The position numbers and the translations under genes were made by a program. A DNA stretch of 64,000 nucleotides, taken from Pristiophorus japonicus (Eukaryota). Under the pieces are notes generated by a model. That model was not told the origin of the DNA. It saw only the letters and a list, made by a program, of their open reading frames with translations, and searched no databases. Within the stretch, counting starts at the first letter, position 1. Each line of letters opens with the position of its first letter. Where the stretch lies: positions 9,672,001 through 9,736,000 of the forward strand of contig NC_091999.1 in NCBI RefSeq assembly GCF_044704955.1. The letters run 5' to 3'. Shown here piece after piece: positions 10,586 through 24,400 of this stretch.

Positions 10586-12084
10586 CACAGTGCTACACAT
10601 CTGGTCAAAAACCACGGCCTACCAACTGAATGCTAACACGATTATTCAACCTGATTGACTCCGTGTATACCTGTCTACGAGAAGTATCCATATATCCCTC
10701 TTGCCCCATTAAGATTCAACTAATTGTGATTCAACCTGCACTTGCTTACATCAATTGCAACCATTGGTTTCTAGTACCTAAGTCATTTTAACACTTTGGT
10801 TTCGTGTACACGAGAGATAAGGCTCAGAGATCCTTTGGTCGCGACACTGAAAGGATATGGTTAAAAGCTGCGTGAAAGTTGCGATTGCGGCACGCTTTTA
10901 GCCAGACCTCAAACGCGTTAACGATTAGACCACGAGTTACATTCAAAAAACCACAAGTCCCTTTCTATCTCCTAATCGCTGTCTATCTACATTCCTGCCA
11001 GAGAGCATTAAGAACTATTACTTCATGCACGGTATGGATTGATGGGTAGATGCATGCATTGACATAGATACACAGGCAAATATATATGGAGACAAAGCAT
11101 CGATATTATGCAATGCAGACAACAGAACCAGTCCATTGATAATTCTGTCATCATGTCCATTAATTCTTGCAGGAACTAGTACATCTAACAACACTTATAT
11201 GCGTGCTTTCAACAATAAAGGTATCATAAAAAGCCTGGAATTTGGGTAATAATGAGCCTTTAATTGGCTTCGTGTGGAGGTGAAAATAATCTATTGCTTG
11301 ATAGTGCTTCCTTGTTTATCACTTCCCTCCCTCTTTGCTCATTGAACATCCGCTCTTCCTTCCTCGATGTTGCAACTAGTGACCAAACCTAGGGGCCATC
11401 AATCTCATATAGTCACTGATTAATTCAATAAGGAATTCAGATAATGTCTTCACCCAGAGAGTGGAGAGAATGTGGAACTCACTTTCTCGTGGAAAGCTTG
11501 AGAATAAATGCCTTTAAGAGAAATCAAAGTAACTGGACGGGGGTGGGGGATGAGGAATGGAATGAAATGCTGATTTTTGAAGTCGGACGGAAGGAGGCTC
11601 GGTTGGAGCATACAGATCGGCATGGACCGGTTGGACCGAATGGCCTGTTTCTGTGCTGATTCTTTCTATGATATTCCACGTCGCGCAATTTGCTGAACGG
11701 CCACGGTGTGGCGCAGCTGCCCAATGCAAGGACCGTGCAAGGAACTTCGAATTGGAGAGGGTAAACAGCAAATGCTGGGCATGCGCAGCTTGACCATAAT
11801 CCCCCTTGAGGAAAATTAAAGATATAGACTGAGCGCCTGAAGTTAGTTTCCAAATAAAGAGCGGATTGCCGAGTCAACGACCACCCGTATCTGAAGTACC
11901 CTACCACGCACTGCTTATTTTGCGTTGAAAATGATCATATATTTCAATTTGCCTTCAAGGGCAGTAATGCTTGATTTTCTTCTTGAAGTAAAACATATGT
12001 ATCATGAAGCAAACTTATTTTAAGGTATAACTGGAAGAAAGACAGAAGAGCAAAAGAAGAAAGGAAGGCGGAAACCAGATCTTT

Positions 12085-15000
12085 ATAGAGGCACTACGGC
12101 ACAGAAGGAGGCCAATCGGCCCACCGAGTCCACGTTGGCTCTCTGCAGAGCAATCCAGTCAGTCTCATCCCCCCGCTCTATCTCCGTAGTCCTGCAAGTT
12201 TATTTCAATCAAGTGCTTAGCCCATTTCCTTTTGAAATCTTTGCTCGCCTCTACTTCCACCACCATTGTCGGCAGCGATTCCAGGTCATTGACACTCGCT
12301 GTGTAAAACGTTCTTCCTCACATCGCCCATGTATCTCTTGCCCGAAACATTAAATCTGTGTACATAGTCCTTGTACCATCAGCTAATGGTAACAGCCTTT
12401 CTCTGTCCACTCATCCAAAACCGTCATAATCTTGTACACCTCTATCAAATCTCCCCTCAACCTCCTTTGCTCCAAGGAGAACAACCCGAGGTTCGCCAAC
12501 CTAACCTTGTAGCTAAAATCACTCAGCCATGGAAACATTCTGGTAAATATCCTCTGCAGCCTCTCAAGGACCTTCACATCCTTCCTAAATTGTGGTGACC
12601 AGAACTGGACGCAATACTCTAGTTGTGGCATAATCACAGCTTTATAATGGTTCAGCAGAACTTCCCTGCTTTTGTACTCCATACCTCTATTGATGAAGCG
12701 CCAGATCCCATATACTTTGCTAACTACGCTCTCAATATGTCCTGCCACCTTCAAAGATCCATGCACATTAACCTCTAGGTCCCTCTGTCCCTGCAACTCT
12801 TTAGAACTGTGTCATTAAATCTATATTGCTTCTCCCTATCCCTTCTGCCAAAATACAGCGCCTCACACCTCTTTGTATTACATACCATTTGCCACTTGTC
12901 GCCCAGTCTGACAGACTATCAATGTCGTGATGCAGTCGATTGACATCATCCTCACAGTTTGCCACACCTCCAAGTTTGATATCTTCGGCAAATATTTTGT
13001 CAGCATCCTCTTTTGCACCAAGGAGAACAACCCCAGCTTTTCCAACCTAACATTGTAGGTAAAATTCCTCATCCCTGGAACCATTCTGATAAACAGCGAT
13101 ACATTAAGAAGTATAGCATTGCCCTGCACCTCTAAGCTTATGTCACCTTCTTTGTCCTTAACCCACCCCGCCTCTTATTAACTGCTTACTGTTTACATGC
13201 CGGTAGAAGATTTTTGGGTTCCCTTTTATGTTAACTGCCAGATTATTCACATATTCCCTCTTCGCCAGTCTTATTTTCCTCTTCACTTCCCCTCTCAACT
13301 TATTGCATTTAGCCCGGTTCTCACCTGAAGAATTCACCGGACATGCATCATACATCCGTTTTTTTGTTTCATCATATTCCATATCTTCCTCGTTATCCAA
13401 GGAGCTCTGGCTTTGATTCCCTTACCTTTCCCTCTTGTTCGAATGAACCTAGCCTATACCTGAAACATCTCCTCCTTAAAGACCGCCCGTTGTTCCGTTA
13501 CAGTTTTTGTTGTCAATCCTTGGTTCCATTTTACCCTAACTAGACGCATTCTCATCCCATTGAAGTTAGTCTTCTTCCAATTTGGTAGTTCTACTTTAGA
13601 TTTTTTCTTGCTATTCTCCATTACTAATCTAAACCTTGTGATACGATAATCACTCTTACCCAAGTGTTCTCCCACAGACACTTGGCCCAGCTCTTTCCCA
13701 TAGCACCAGATCCAGCCATGACTCATCTCTAGTTGGGCCGAGAATATACTGGTCAAAGAAGTTCTTCTGAAAACATTTCAGAATTTCCTTCCCCTCCTTT
13801 CCCTTTACTCTAACGTTATCCGAATCGATAGTTGGGTAATTAAAGTTTCCCGATATCCTCACCCTATAGTTCTTCCACATCGCTGTGATCTCCCTGTGGA
13901 TTTGCTCCTCTATGTCTCTCTCATTATTTGGAGGCATATAGAATACCACCAATAGCGTGATCATACACTTTTCGCTTCTCAACTCTAACCAAATGGACTC
14001 TGGCCTTGCCCCCTCAAGGACATCCTCTTCTTCCAACACTTCAATGTCTCCCCTAATCGGTACTGCCACACCACCTCCTTTTTGTCCCTTCCCTCTCTTT
14101 TCTGAACACTTTGCATCCGTGAATATTAAGTACCCATTCCTCACCATTTTTCAGCCACGTTTCCGTTATTACCAGTACATCATGCTTCCACAAGCCTAAC
14201 TGTTCTTGTAGCTCACCAACCTTATGTGCGTTTACATACATGCATTCTAAACCTGTCATGTATTCCTCGTAGTCCTTCTTAGTCTGTTCCTATCTAATAT
14301 GGTAGTCCTTCCTTCTCTAGTACTATCCAACACTCCTACTCCTTTATGCACCTTATTCCTCTTTTCTACTTCTCTATGCTGCTGCCCACCCGCTGGCAAT
14401 TGAGTTTAAACCCTCCCCAACCACACTTGTGAACCTCCCCGCGAGGACATTGGTCCCAGTCCTGTTGAGGTGCAACCGGTCCCTTTGGAATAGTTGCATC
14501 CTGCCCCAGGACTGGTATCAATGCCCCAAAAATCTGAAGCCCTCCCTCCTGCAACTTGCCCCTAACAACGCATTGATCATTTCTATCTTCCAATGGCGTG
14601 AGGCACTGGGAGTAATCCAGAGATTACTAACTTCGAGGTCCTACTTTTTAACTTCCTCCCCAGCTCCTGAAAGACTGAATGTAGGACCTAAATACCTGCC
14701 CTCCCTTTGTTGTTGGTACCGGCGGGTACCACAACTTCTGGCTCACTCCCTTCCCCCTTCAGAATATTCTGCTTCCTCTCCGTGATGTCCTTCACCCTGG
14801 CACCATGAAGGCAACACACCATGTGTGACGACGTTTACAGAAATGCAAGTCTGTCCCCCTAACTATGGAATCTCCTATAACGACTGCATTTCTACGCTTT
14901 GCTGTTCCCCCCTGTTCAGTCCCTTTCCCACTGGTGCCATGGTCTGGACTTCAAGGTGTCATCATTCCCACTAGTCTCCAATGCTGAGCAGCGGTTTGAG

Positions 15001-15320
15001 AGTGACTCACACTCTAAAGGCTCCTGCACTTCCTGACTTTTCCTACTCTTCGGAGTGGTCACCAACTTAATATCCTGAACTATCTCTGCCTGTTGGGTGG
15101 CCACCTACTGGAATGTACAGTTAACGAAACTCTCAGCCTCCGCAAACTATCCAGTGACTCCAGCTGCTCCTCAAGTTCGGCAATCCAGAGCTCGAGCTCA
15201 AACTGCTGGAAACACATCCTACACATGTTGTCCCCAAAGGCACAGGAACTGTCCTTAGGTTCCCACGTGGCGCAGGAATTGCAAGCAACAAGTCTCAGAT
15301 TACCATTCATGATAAAATAA
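12085..15320 (-). mobile_element. CR1 LINE retaining ORF1 and endonuclease, RT core largely deleted
   Basis: ORF1-like CxxC...CxxC plus coiled coil (15080-15310); APE motifs ITETWL, KGGGVA, GNFNYP (13656-14259); 3' tail ORF LEYCVQFWSP...RRLRGDLIEVYK (12383-12796). The sequence jumps from ~13158 to the RT C-terminus. Confidence 0.85.
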
Positions 15321-16159
15321 AATCTCTATTCGCTCTTTTAGAATCTAGTTCATATCTTTTTTAAACTGTTTATATTGATTAATGGCTCTGGACCTCAGCT
15401 GTGTCACGCTCCCTCTCTCGGATCGCACCATGTTTCTTAAAGTACCAGAACAGCAACATAAGAACATAAGAACATAAGGAATAAGAGCAGGAGTAGGTCA
15501 TTTGTCCCCCAATAGCCTGCTTCGCCATTCAATAAGATCATGGCTGATCTGATCTTGGCCTCAACTCCACTTACTGCCCATTCCCCATAACCCTTGACTA
15601 CCTTAGCTTTCAAAAATCTGTCCATCTCCTCCTTAAATATATTCGATTACCCACCCTCTACTCCTCTCTGGGGTACAGAATTACAAAGCTTCATGACCCG
15701 CTGAGAGAAGAAATTCCTCCTCAGCTCCGTTTCAAATGGGCAACCCCTTATTCTCCCTCAAAGCACCGAATTCCTTCACTCACCAAATTCCCAATTTAGT
15801 ACTCTGCAGAAGGAATACTCCGTCCAACTGGACTCGGTGCTACTTATGTTGATCATGTTGACTCAAATTTTAAACTGCAAAGCACTACAGCTAAAACACA
15901 GACATAAAAAGCTTTAATTTATGCAATCGTTGCTCATCTCTCACAGGAACGCCTCAGAGATCTTGAGCAACAATGGATCGTTTCCGGGAACCATATCTGT
16001 GGATGGAATAATGTAAACCATGTAAGAGGGTACACAGGTGATGTACTAGAATGGTTCCAGGGATAATAGATTTCAGATATTCGGAGAGACTAGGGAATCT
16101 CGGCTTGTTCTATTTGGAAATAGGCAGTTTAAGGGGAGATTGAGTGGAGGTGTTCAAAA

Positions 16160-17640
16160 TCGTGAAGTGTTGGCTGTACTTAAAGTCGATAAATCACCAT
16201 GCATCCTAGGGAGCTGAGAGAATCGTGGAGGTACTGGCCATAATATTCGAATCCTCCATAGATACAGGGGTGGTGCCAGAGGACTTGTTAATAAAAGGGT
16301 GTAAAGATAAACGTAGCAACTACATGCCAGTCGGTTTAACCTCGATACTGGGGAAGCTTTTAGGGACAATGATCAGGAGAAAAATTAACAGTCACTTGGA
16401 TAGGTGTAGATTAATTAAGGAAAGTCAGCACGGATTTGTTAAGGGAAAATCGTGTTTAACCAACTTGATGGCGTTTTGTGTTGAGTTAACAGAGAGTGTT
16501 ATTGAAGGTTACGGTTGACGTGGTGCACATGGATTTACAAAATGCGTTCGACAAAGTGCTTGCCCAGTAGAGTTGAAACACATGAGATAAAATGGACAGT
16601 GGCAACATGGATAGCAAATTGACTAAGTGACAGGAAACAGAGAGTAGTGGTGAACGGTTGCTTTTTGGAAAGAAGGAAGGTATAGCGTGGTTACCTTCAG
16701 TAGTTGGTCCTACGGCAACTGGTTTTCTTGATATATATTAATGAATTTAACGTAGGTATACAGGGCACAATTTCAACAGTTGCATATGACACAAAACTTG
16801 GAAGTATAGTGAACAGAGAGAAGGAGAGTGATAGACTCCAGGAAGACATAGACAGGCTGGTAGAATGGTCAGACACGTGGCAGATGGCATTTAATGCATA
16901 AAAGTATGAAATTATACATTTTCGTAGAAAGAATCATGAGAGGACATTTAAATTAAATGGTGCAATCCTACAGGGAGTGTTGGAACAGAGATACCTGGCG
17001 GTATGTGTACACAAATTGTTAAGGATGGCAGGCCAGTTTCAGAATGCGGTTAAAAAGACTTAGGGAATCCCGGGCTTCATAAATATAAATTATGATGCAC
17101 CTCTATAAAACACTGGAGTACTATGTCCAATTTTGGGCACCACACTTTAGGAAGGATATGAAGGCGTTAGAGAAGGTGCAGAAAAGATTTACCAGAATGT
17201 TTCTCGAAATGAGGGAATTTAGTTACGTTGATAGACTGAAGAAAGCTGGTGTTGTTCTCCTCAGAGCAGAGAGATTAAGGGGAGATTTGATAGAGGTGTT
17301 CAAAATCTTAAGGTGTCTGGACAGAGTACATAAACTGTTCCATTGGCAGACGTGTTGAGAACCAGAAGACAAAGATTTAAGGTGATTGGCAGGAAAGGGG
17401 TACTGAGGGAATGATCAGCCCTGAGCTTATTGAATGGTGGTGCAGGCTCGAAGGGCCGAATGGCCTACTCCTGTACCTATTTTCTATGTTTCTAAAAGAA
17501 GCAAACACGATGTCACAAAAAACATTAATACGCAGCGAGTGGTTGGGATCTGGAATATACTGCCTGAAATGGTCATGGAGGCAGACTCAATTTTAAATTT
17601 CAAAAGGGAGCTGGATAATTATCTGAAGGGTTAAAAAAAT
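16160..17640 (+). mobile_element. Decayed CR1 LINE RT/3' region
   Basis: SQHGFVKGKSCLTNL, YDTKLG (ADD motif variant) and RLRGDLIEVFK fragments. Confidence 0.85.
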
Positions 17641-19203
17641 GACAGAGCTACGGGGAAAGGGCAGGGGAGTGAGACTGGCTGACAGTCGGCCCGTGCTTGA
17701 TGGGCCGAATGGCCTTCTTCCGTGCTGTAACCATTATGATTCTTTGGATGGTGTTGTTAGAATAAGCAGGGAGAAACTATTGCCAGTTGGAGAAGGGTCG
17801 TTAACCAGAGAGCACAGATTGCAGGTAATTGTCAAAAGAGCCGGAGGGAGATGTTAATATTTTTTTCGTATCGAATTGTCATGATCTGGAATCCACTGCC
17901 TGCAAGGCCGGTGTAAGCAGTTTACAGAATAATTTTTCCAAACGGAATTGGATAAAAATACGAAGGAGCGAAATTTGCAAGGCTTTGGAAAAAGAGCAAT
18001 CGAGTGGGATTAATTCGATAGCTCCTTGAATGAGCTGGCAGAGTGGCCTCCTACCGTGCTGCAAGATTATGTGGCTCTATATTATTAGGGATGATGCATC
18101 AACAGGAATTGCATTAGTTTGTAACCGTTTGCTGTATAAATCTATCGAGTTCACGATCCCTAAAATCACGACATAGCAATTGTTTCCTACTGTGTCCACA
18201 AATATGAACAGTTTTGATAGATTCAATGGGGAAAAACATTTTTACACTGGCAGGAGGTTCGCTAACCATAAGATACACATTGATGAATAGAGTGCCAGAC
18301 TGTTCAACCTTTCCTGTTAGGTATAAACTGATAGGTTAGCATTGAAGCGTTAACAACTTTGATGTTTCAATTATCCAAATTTAGAATGAAAGATGTAACA
18401 TTTGAAGACGTTTGTAAGCCGTGTTATATATGCACGATCTCACTTTTAAAATGCACATTGTCCATAGCATGGCGCAGCCACCAGAGAGCGCCCAACTTGC
18501 GTACCACCATGCAAAAGGAGAGACGATCAGTGCCAGATTCAGAACTGCTCACTTTAAAAGCAATCTGATTGCTCACAGTTACTTATTGGTTAGTTCCCAC
18601 ATAACTGAAACACAGTTCCAACTGGCACCCCGCTCACTTAAAACAGAAATGAGGAGGAATTTCTTCTCTCAGAGGTTTGGAAATCTTTGGAATTCTCTGC
18701 CCCAGAGAGCTGTGAAGGTTGGGTCATTGAATATATTTAAGTTGGAGATAGACAGATTTTTGAATGATAAGGGCGTCAAGGGTTATGGAGTTGAGGCCAG
18801 GATCAGATCAGCCATGATCTTATTGAATGATGGAGCAGGCTAGAGGGGCCAAATGGCCTACTCCTGCTCCTATTTCTTATGTTCCTTTGTTGTTTATCAT
18901 GGGGGTTCGGATCAAAATGCAATTTGTGTTATATCGGGAAACGCTCAGTAAATACATGCTCTTTTCTCTTAGACAGTCCCCCAGATTCGAGGGTGACTTG
19001 CTTCCACACTAATATGAGTTCTAAATGGGGTTGTCCATGAGGGTCCTGATGTTCCAGGTCCCGGAATTCATTTTAGAGGGTGGAAGATGCCTGTGCGTGA
19101 ATTCTTTTAATGTGGGGTGGCCGTCACACACCAGCTACCACAGGGCTTGACAGAGAAAGGTCTTGGTCCAATGACGAGGGGAGCCAAGATGATTGGAGAC
19201 CAG

Positions 19204-19710
19204 NNNNNNNNNNNNNNNNNNNNNNNNNNNNNNNNNNNNNNNNNNNNNNNNNNNNNNNNNNNNNNNNNNNNNNNNNNNNNNNNNNNNNNNNNNNNNNNNN
19301 NNNNNNNNNNNNNNNNNNNNNNNNNNNNNNNNNNNNNNNNNNNNNNNNNNNNNNNNNNNNNNNNNNNNNNNNNNNNNNNNNNNNNNNNNNNNNNNNNNNN
19401 NNNNNNNNNNNNNNNNNNNNNNNNNNNNNNNNNNNNNNNNNNNNNNNNNNNNNNNNNNNNNNNNNNNNNNNNNNNNNNNNNNNNNNNNNNNNNNNNNNNN
19501 NNNNNNNNNNNNNNNNNNNNNNNNNNNNNNNNNNNNNNNNNNNNNNNNNNNNNNNNNNNNNNNNNNNNNNNNNNNNNNNNNNNNNNNNNNNNNNNNNNNN
19601 NNNNNNNNNNNNNNNNNNNNNNNNNNNNNNNNNNNNNNNNNNNNNNNNNNNNNNNNNNNNNNNNNNNNNNNNNNNNNNNNNNNNNNNNNNNNNNNNNNNN
19701 NNNNNNNNNN
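19204..19710. other. Assembly gap (N run)
   Basis: Run of N. Confidence 1.
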
Positions 19711-19830
19711 GCCTAGTAATGCTCTGGCCTACAGACTTCTCTACAACCTAAGGACAGCCAAGTGGGAGGGAGAGCCAAGTGGTGAGGAAAAGATAAAAGG
19801 AAAAGTCAGAGATGCAACTGTACATGCACG

Positions 19831-19832
<2 letters not shown>

Positions 19833-19864
<32 letters not shown>

Positions 19865-19940
19865 TAAACACAGACACACAGACAGACGTACACACACACA
19901 GATATACACACAAAAACAAATGCGCCCACACACACACACA
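19833..19940. repeat. (CA)n microsatellite, degenerate at its 3' end
   Basis: CA dinucleotide run seen directly. Confidence 0.9.
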
Positions 19941-21435
19941 ATCACGGTGTGTGCTCAAATCCTTCCATGGCAGAGGTGAGGTTTGATGACGAGTTGTATT
20001 ATTCAATTAGCAAAAAGGGAGAACTAGTCATAGAACTATGGATTGTTACAGAGATCGTTCAATAAATCAAACCTGCGACAGTGTTTTTTTTACCTCATCA
20101 GCCAGATAATCTAATCCTTGCTCATTCCCCTTATCCTGAAGCAGTTCTTTTCAAGCAACTATCTGCCATTATTCTAAGAAAATTTATAGAGATTCGTAGA
20201 TTTTTTTTAAAACCTCCTATAAATCTCCTGTAAATGCATACCAAGGCTTGATAAATGGCCGGCTAGGCGTCAGCTACAATATCGAGTCCATTTCTGGGCC
20301 CTACGCTTTAGGAATGATGTCAAGGCCTTGGAGAGAGCACAGAGGAGATTTGCTGGAATTATACCAGTGAAAAGGGACTTGAATTACGTGGCGAGACTGG
20401 AGAAGCTGGAAGTTATCTCCTTAGAACTGAAAAGGTTAAGGGAGTGATTTAATAGAAGTGTTCAAAATAATGAGGGGTTTAGATAGAGTAAACAAGGAAA
20501 AACTGTTTCTACATACACGTAGGTCGGTAACCCGAGGCCACAGATTGTCAAAGGAACCATAGGAGAAATTAGGAAACAAACCGCAGCGAGTTGTTATAAC
20601 CTGGAATACACGGCCTGAAATGGTGGTAGAAGCGGATTCAATAGTAACTTTCAAATGGGAATCGGATAAATACTTGAAAAGGAAACATTTTCAGGCCTTT
20701 GGGGAAAAACAGGGGGTGTCTCACTAATTGTATAGATCTTTCAAAGAGCCGGTACAGATAGGATAGACTGTATGGCCTCCTTGCACGAAGGTATGATTTA
20801 AGAAGTGAGCAAGCAGGGCTAGGATTAGATAGGAAGTGGAATCAGGCTTATGTAACATGAACTTTTCCCCTGTGTCCATTCGCATGTGTGCTTTGGCTGT
20901 CGCTCTGGACCCGAACCATTCAATACTTTTCCACTATTCTCCCTCTTTCATTTTCTCTTTATCCTTCCCTGACCATTCTCTCCTGTCGTCATTCCTCCTT
21001 TCATCTCCCCTCTATCGGATACTCTGCCCTCCCCAGTCCCCACCCCAATCCCTCGTCACTCTTCAACCTTCCTACTCTACTGCCGCTGTCCCAGGCTTGA
21101 CTCCCTCCTAGATAAGCCTACAGAATCCCTCGGTGTCTTTCTTGGCACCCTACGGAGTTTATTGAGGCACTCGTCACTGCGTCCTTCCGAGCAGCAACCC
21201 CGACTGTCGCATCCTACTCTCTCGCCGAACTTCCCGCCCAGCTGGGGGCTAATACTGCCAATCACCTCTTCGTCCAACTCCCCCAACCTCGCCCCCCACT
21301 CAGTGCTGACCCTGTGGACGCTGGCAGTGGGGCAGCCATCGCCGACCCCTTCCGCATCTCCCTCCAGAATGTCCCTTCGCTTGCAAACAAGGCCTTGCCA
21401 TCCATGAGCTTATCGAGGATGATTGCATCGACATC

Positions 21436-24400
21436 ATAACAACATAAAAACATAAGACATCGGAGCAGAAGTAGGCCATTTGGCGCCTCGAGCACATTTC
21501 ACCATTCAATAAGATCATGGCTGATCTGATCATGGACTCAGCTCCAATTCCCTGCCCGCTCCCGATAACCCTTTGCTCCCAAATCGCTCAAAAATCTGCC
21601 TATCACCCATATTCAATGACGCAGCCTCCACAGCTCTCTGGGGCAGAGCATTCCATAGATTTACAACCCTCTGAGAGAAGAAATTCTCCCTCATCTCAGT
21701 TTTAAATGGTCGGCCCCTTATTCTAAGACTATGTCCCCGAGTTTTAGTTTCCCCTATGAGTGGAAATATCCTCTCTGCATCCACCTTGTCGAGCCCCCTC
21801 ATTATCCTATGCTTCAATAAGATCACATCTAATTCTTCTGAACTGTAATGAGTATAGGCCTAAACTACTCAATCTATTTTGATAAGCCAACCCCCGCATC
21901 TCCGGAATCAACCGAGTGAATCTTCTCTTAACAGCCTCTAATGCACATATATCCTTCCTTAAATACGGAGACCAAAACTGCAGCAGTAGTCCCGGCGTGG
22001 CCTCACTACTATCCTGTACAATTGTAGCAGGACATCGCTGGTTTTATACTCCATCCACTTTGAAATAAAGGCCAACATTCCATTTGCCTTCCTGATTAGT
22101 TGCTGTACCTGCATACTAACATTTTGTGTTTCAGAGAAAAATAGAAACATAGAAACATAGAAAATAGGTACAGGAGTAGGCCATTCGGCCCTTTGTGCCT
22201 GCACCGCCATTCAATAAGATCATGGCTGATCATTCCCTGAGTACCCCTTTCCTGCTTTCTCTCCATACCCCTTGATCTCATTAGCCATAAGGGCCATATC
22301 TAACTCCCTCTTGAATATATCCAATGAACTGGCATCAACAAGTCTCCACAGGTTAACAACTCTCTGAGTGAAGAAGTTTCTCCTCATCTTAGTTCTAAAT
22401 GGCCTACCCCTTATCCGAAGACTATGTCCCCTGGTTCAGGACTACCCCGCATCGGGAACATTCTTCCTGCATATAACCTGTCCAGTCCCGTCAGAATCTT
22501 ATACGTTTCTATGGGATCCCCTCTCATCCTTCTAAACTCCAGTGAATAAAGGCCCAATTGATCCAGTCTCTCGTCAGATGTCAGTTCAGCCATCCCTGGA
22601 ATCAGTCTGGTGAACCTTCGCTGCACTCCTTCAATAGCAAGAAAGTCTTTCCTCAAATTAGGAGACCAAAAATAACACAATATTCCAGGTGAGGCCTCAC
22701 CAAGGCCCTGTACAACTACAGTAAGACCACTCTGCTCCTATACTCAAATCCCCTGGCTATGAAGGACAACATACCATTTGCCTTCTTCACCGCCTGCTGT
22801 ACCTGCATGCCAACTTTGAATGACTGATGAACCATGACACCCAGGTCTCGTTCCACCTCCCCTTTTCCTAAATGCCGCCATTCAGGTAATATTCTGCCTT
22901 TCTGTTTTTTGCCCCCAAAATGGATAACCTCACATTTATCCACATTATACTGCATCTGCCATGCATTTTCCCACTCACCTAACCTGTCCAATTCACCCCG
23001 CAGCCTCTTAGCATCCCCCTCACAGCTCACACCGCCACCCAGTTTAGTGTCATCTGCAAAGTTGGAGATATTACACTCAATTTCTTCATCTAAATCGTTA
23101 ATGTATATTGTAAAGAGCTGGCGTCCCAGCACTGAGCCCTGCGGCACTCCACTAGTCACTGCCTGCCATTCTGAAATGGACCCGTTTAACCCGACTCTCT
23201 GCTTCCTCTCTGCCAACCAGTTCTCTATCCACGTCAGTACATTACCCCCAATACCATGTGCTTTGATTTTGCACATCAATCTCTTACGCGGGACCTTGTT
23301 AAAAGCCTTTTGAAAGTCCAAATACACCACATCCACTGGTTCTCCCTTGTCCACTCTACAAGTTACATCCTCAAAACATTCCAGAATATTCGTCAAGCCT
23401 GATTTCCCTTTCATAAATCCATGCTGGCTTGGACCGATCCTGTCACTGCTTTCCAAATGCGCTGCTATTTCATCCTTAATGATTGGTTCCAACATTTCCC
23501 CCAATACTGATGTCAGGCTAACCGGTCTATAATTCCGCGTTTTCTCTCTCCCTCCTTTTGTAAAAAGTACTGTTATATTAGCTACCCTCCAGTCCATAGG
23601 AACTGATCCAGAGTCGATAGACTGTTGGAAAATGATCACCAATGCATCCACTATTTCTAGGGCCACTTCCGTAAGTACTCTGAGATGTAGACTATCAGGC
23701 CACGGGGATTTATCGGCCTTCAATCCCATCAATTTCCCGAACACAATTTCCCAGCTAATAAGGATACCCTTCAGTTCCTCCTTCTCACTAGACCCACTGT
23801 CCCCTAGTACATCTGGAAGGTTATTTGTGTCTTCCTTCGTGAAGACAGAACCGAAGTATTTGTTCAATTGGTCTGCCATTTCTTTGTTCCCCATTATAAA
23901 TTCACCTGAAGCCGACTGCAAGGGACCTACTTTTGTCTTCACTAATCTTTTGCTCTTCACATATTTATGGAAGCTTTTGCAGTCAGTTTTTATGTTCCCT
24001 GCAAGCTTCCTCTCATACTCTATTTTTTCCTCTTAATTAAACCCTTAGTTCTCCTCTGTGGAATTCTAAATTTCTCCCAGTCCTCAGGGTTATTGCTTTT
24101 TCTAGCCAATTTATATGCCTCTTCCTTGGTTTTAACATTATCCTGAATTTCCCTTGTTAGCCACGGTTGAGCCCCCTTCCCTGTGTTATTTTTTTTACCC
24201 CAGATAAGGATGTACAAACGTTCAACCATGTGATCTTTAAATGTTTGCCATTGCCTATCCACCGTCAACCCTTTAAGTATCACTCGCCAGTCTATTCTAG
24301 CCAATTTACGCCTCATACCATCGAAGTTACCTTTCCTTAAGTTCAGGACAATAGTTTCTTAATTAACTGTGTCACTCTCCATCTTAATAAAGAATTCTAC

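Noticed and set aside
10858-10936. Small hairpin TGGTTAAAAG...CTTTTAGCCA plus an A-box-like stretch
   Set aside because: No B box or cloverleaf; short enough to be chance.
19110-19867. Long ORFs of 199-224 aa (likewise 38581-38844 and 48609-49583)
   Set aside because: Artefacts of N runs. Only the 51-nt C-delta exon 2 inside the last set is real.
22716-23960. 414-aa ORF as a host gene or domesticated RT
   Set aside because: Ordinary CR1 ORF2 fragment bounded by stops/frameshifts within a nested TE.
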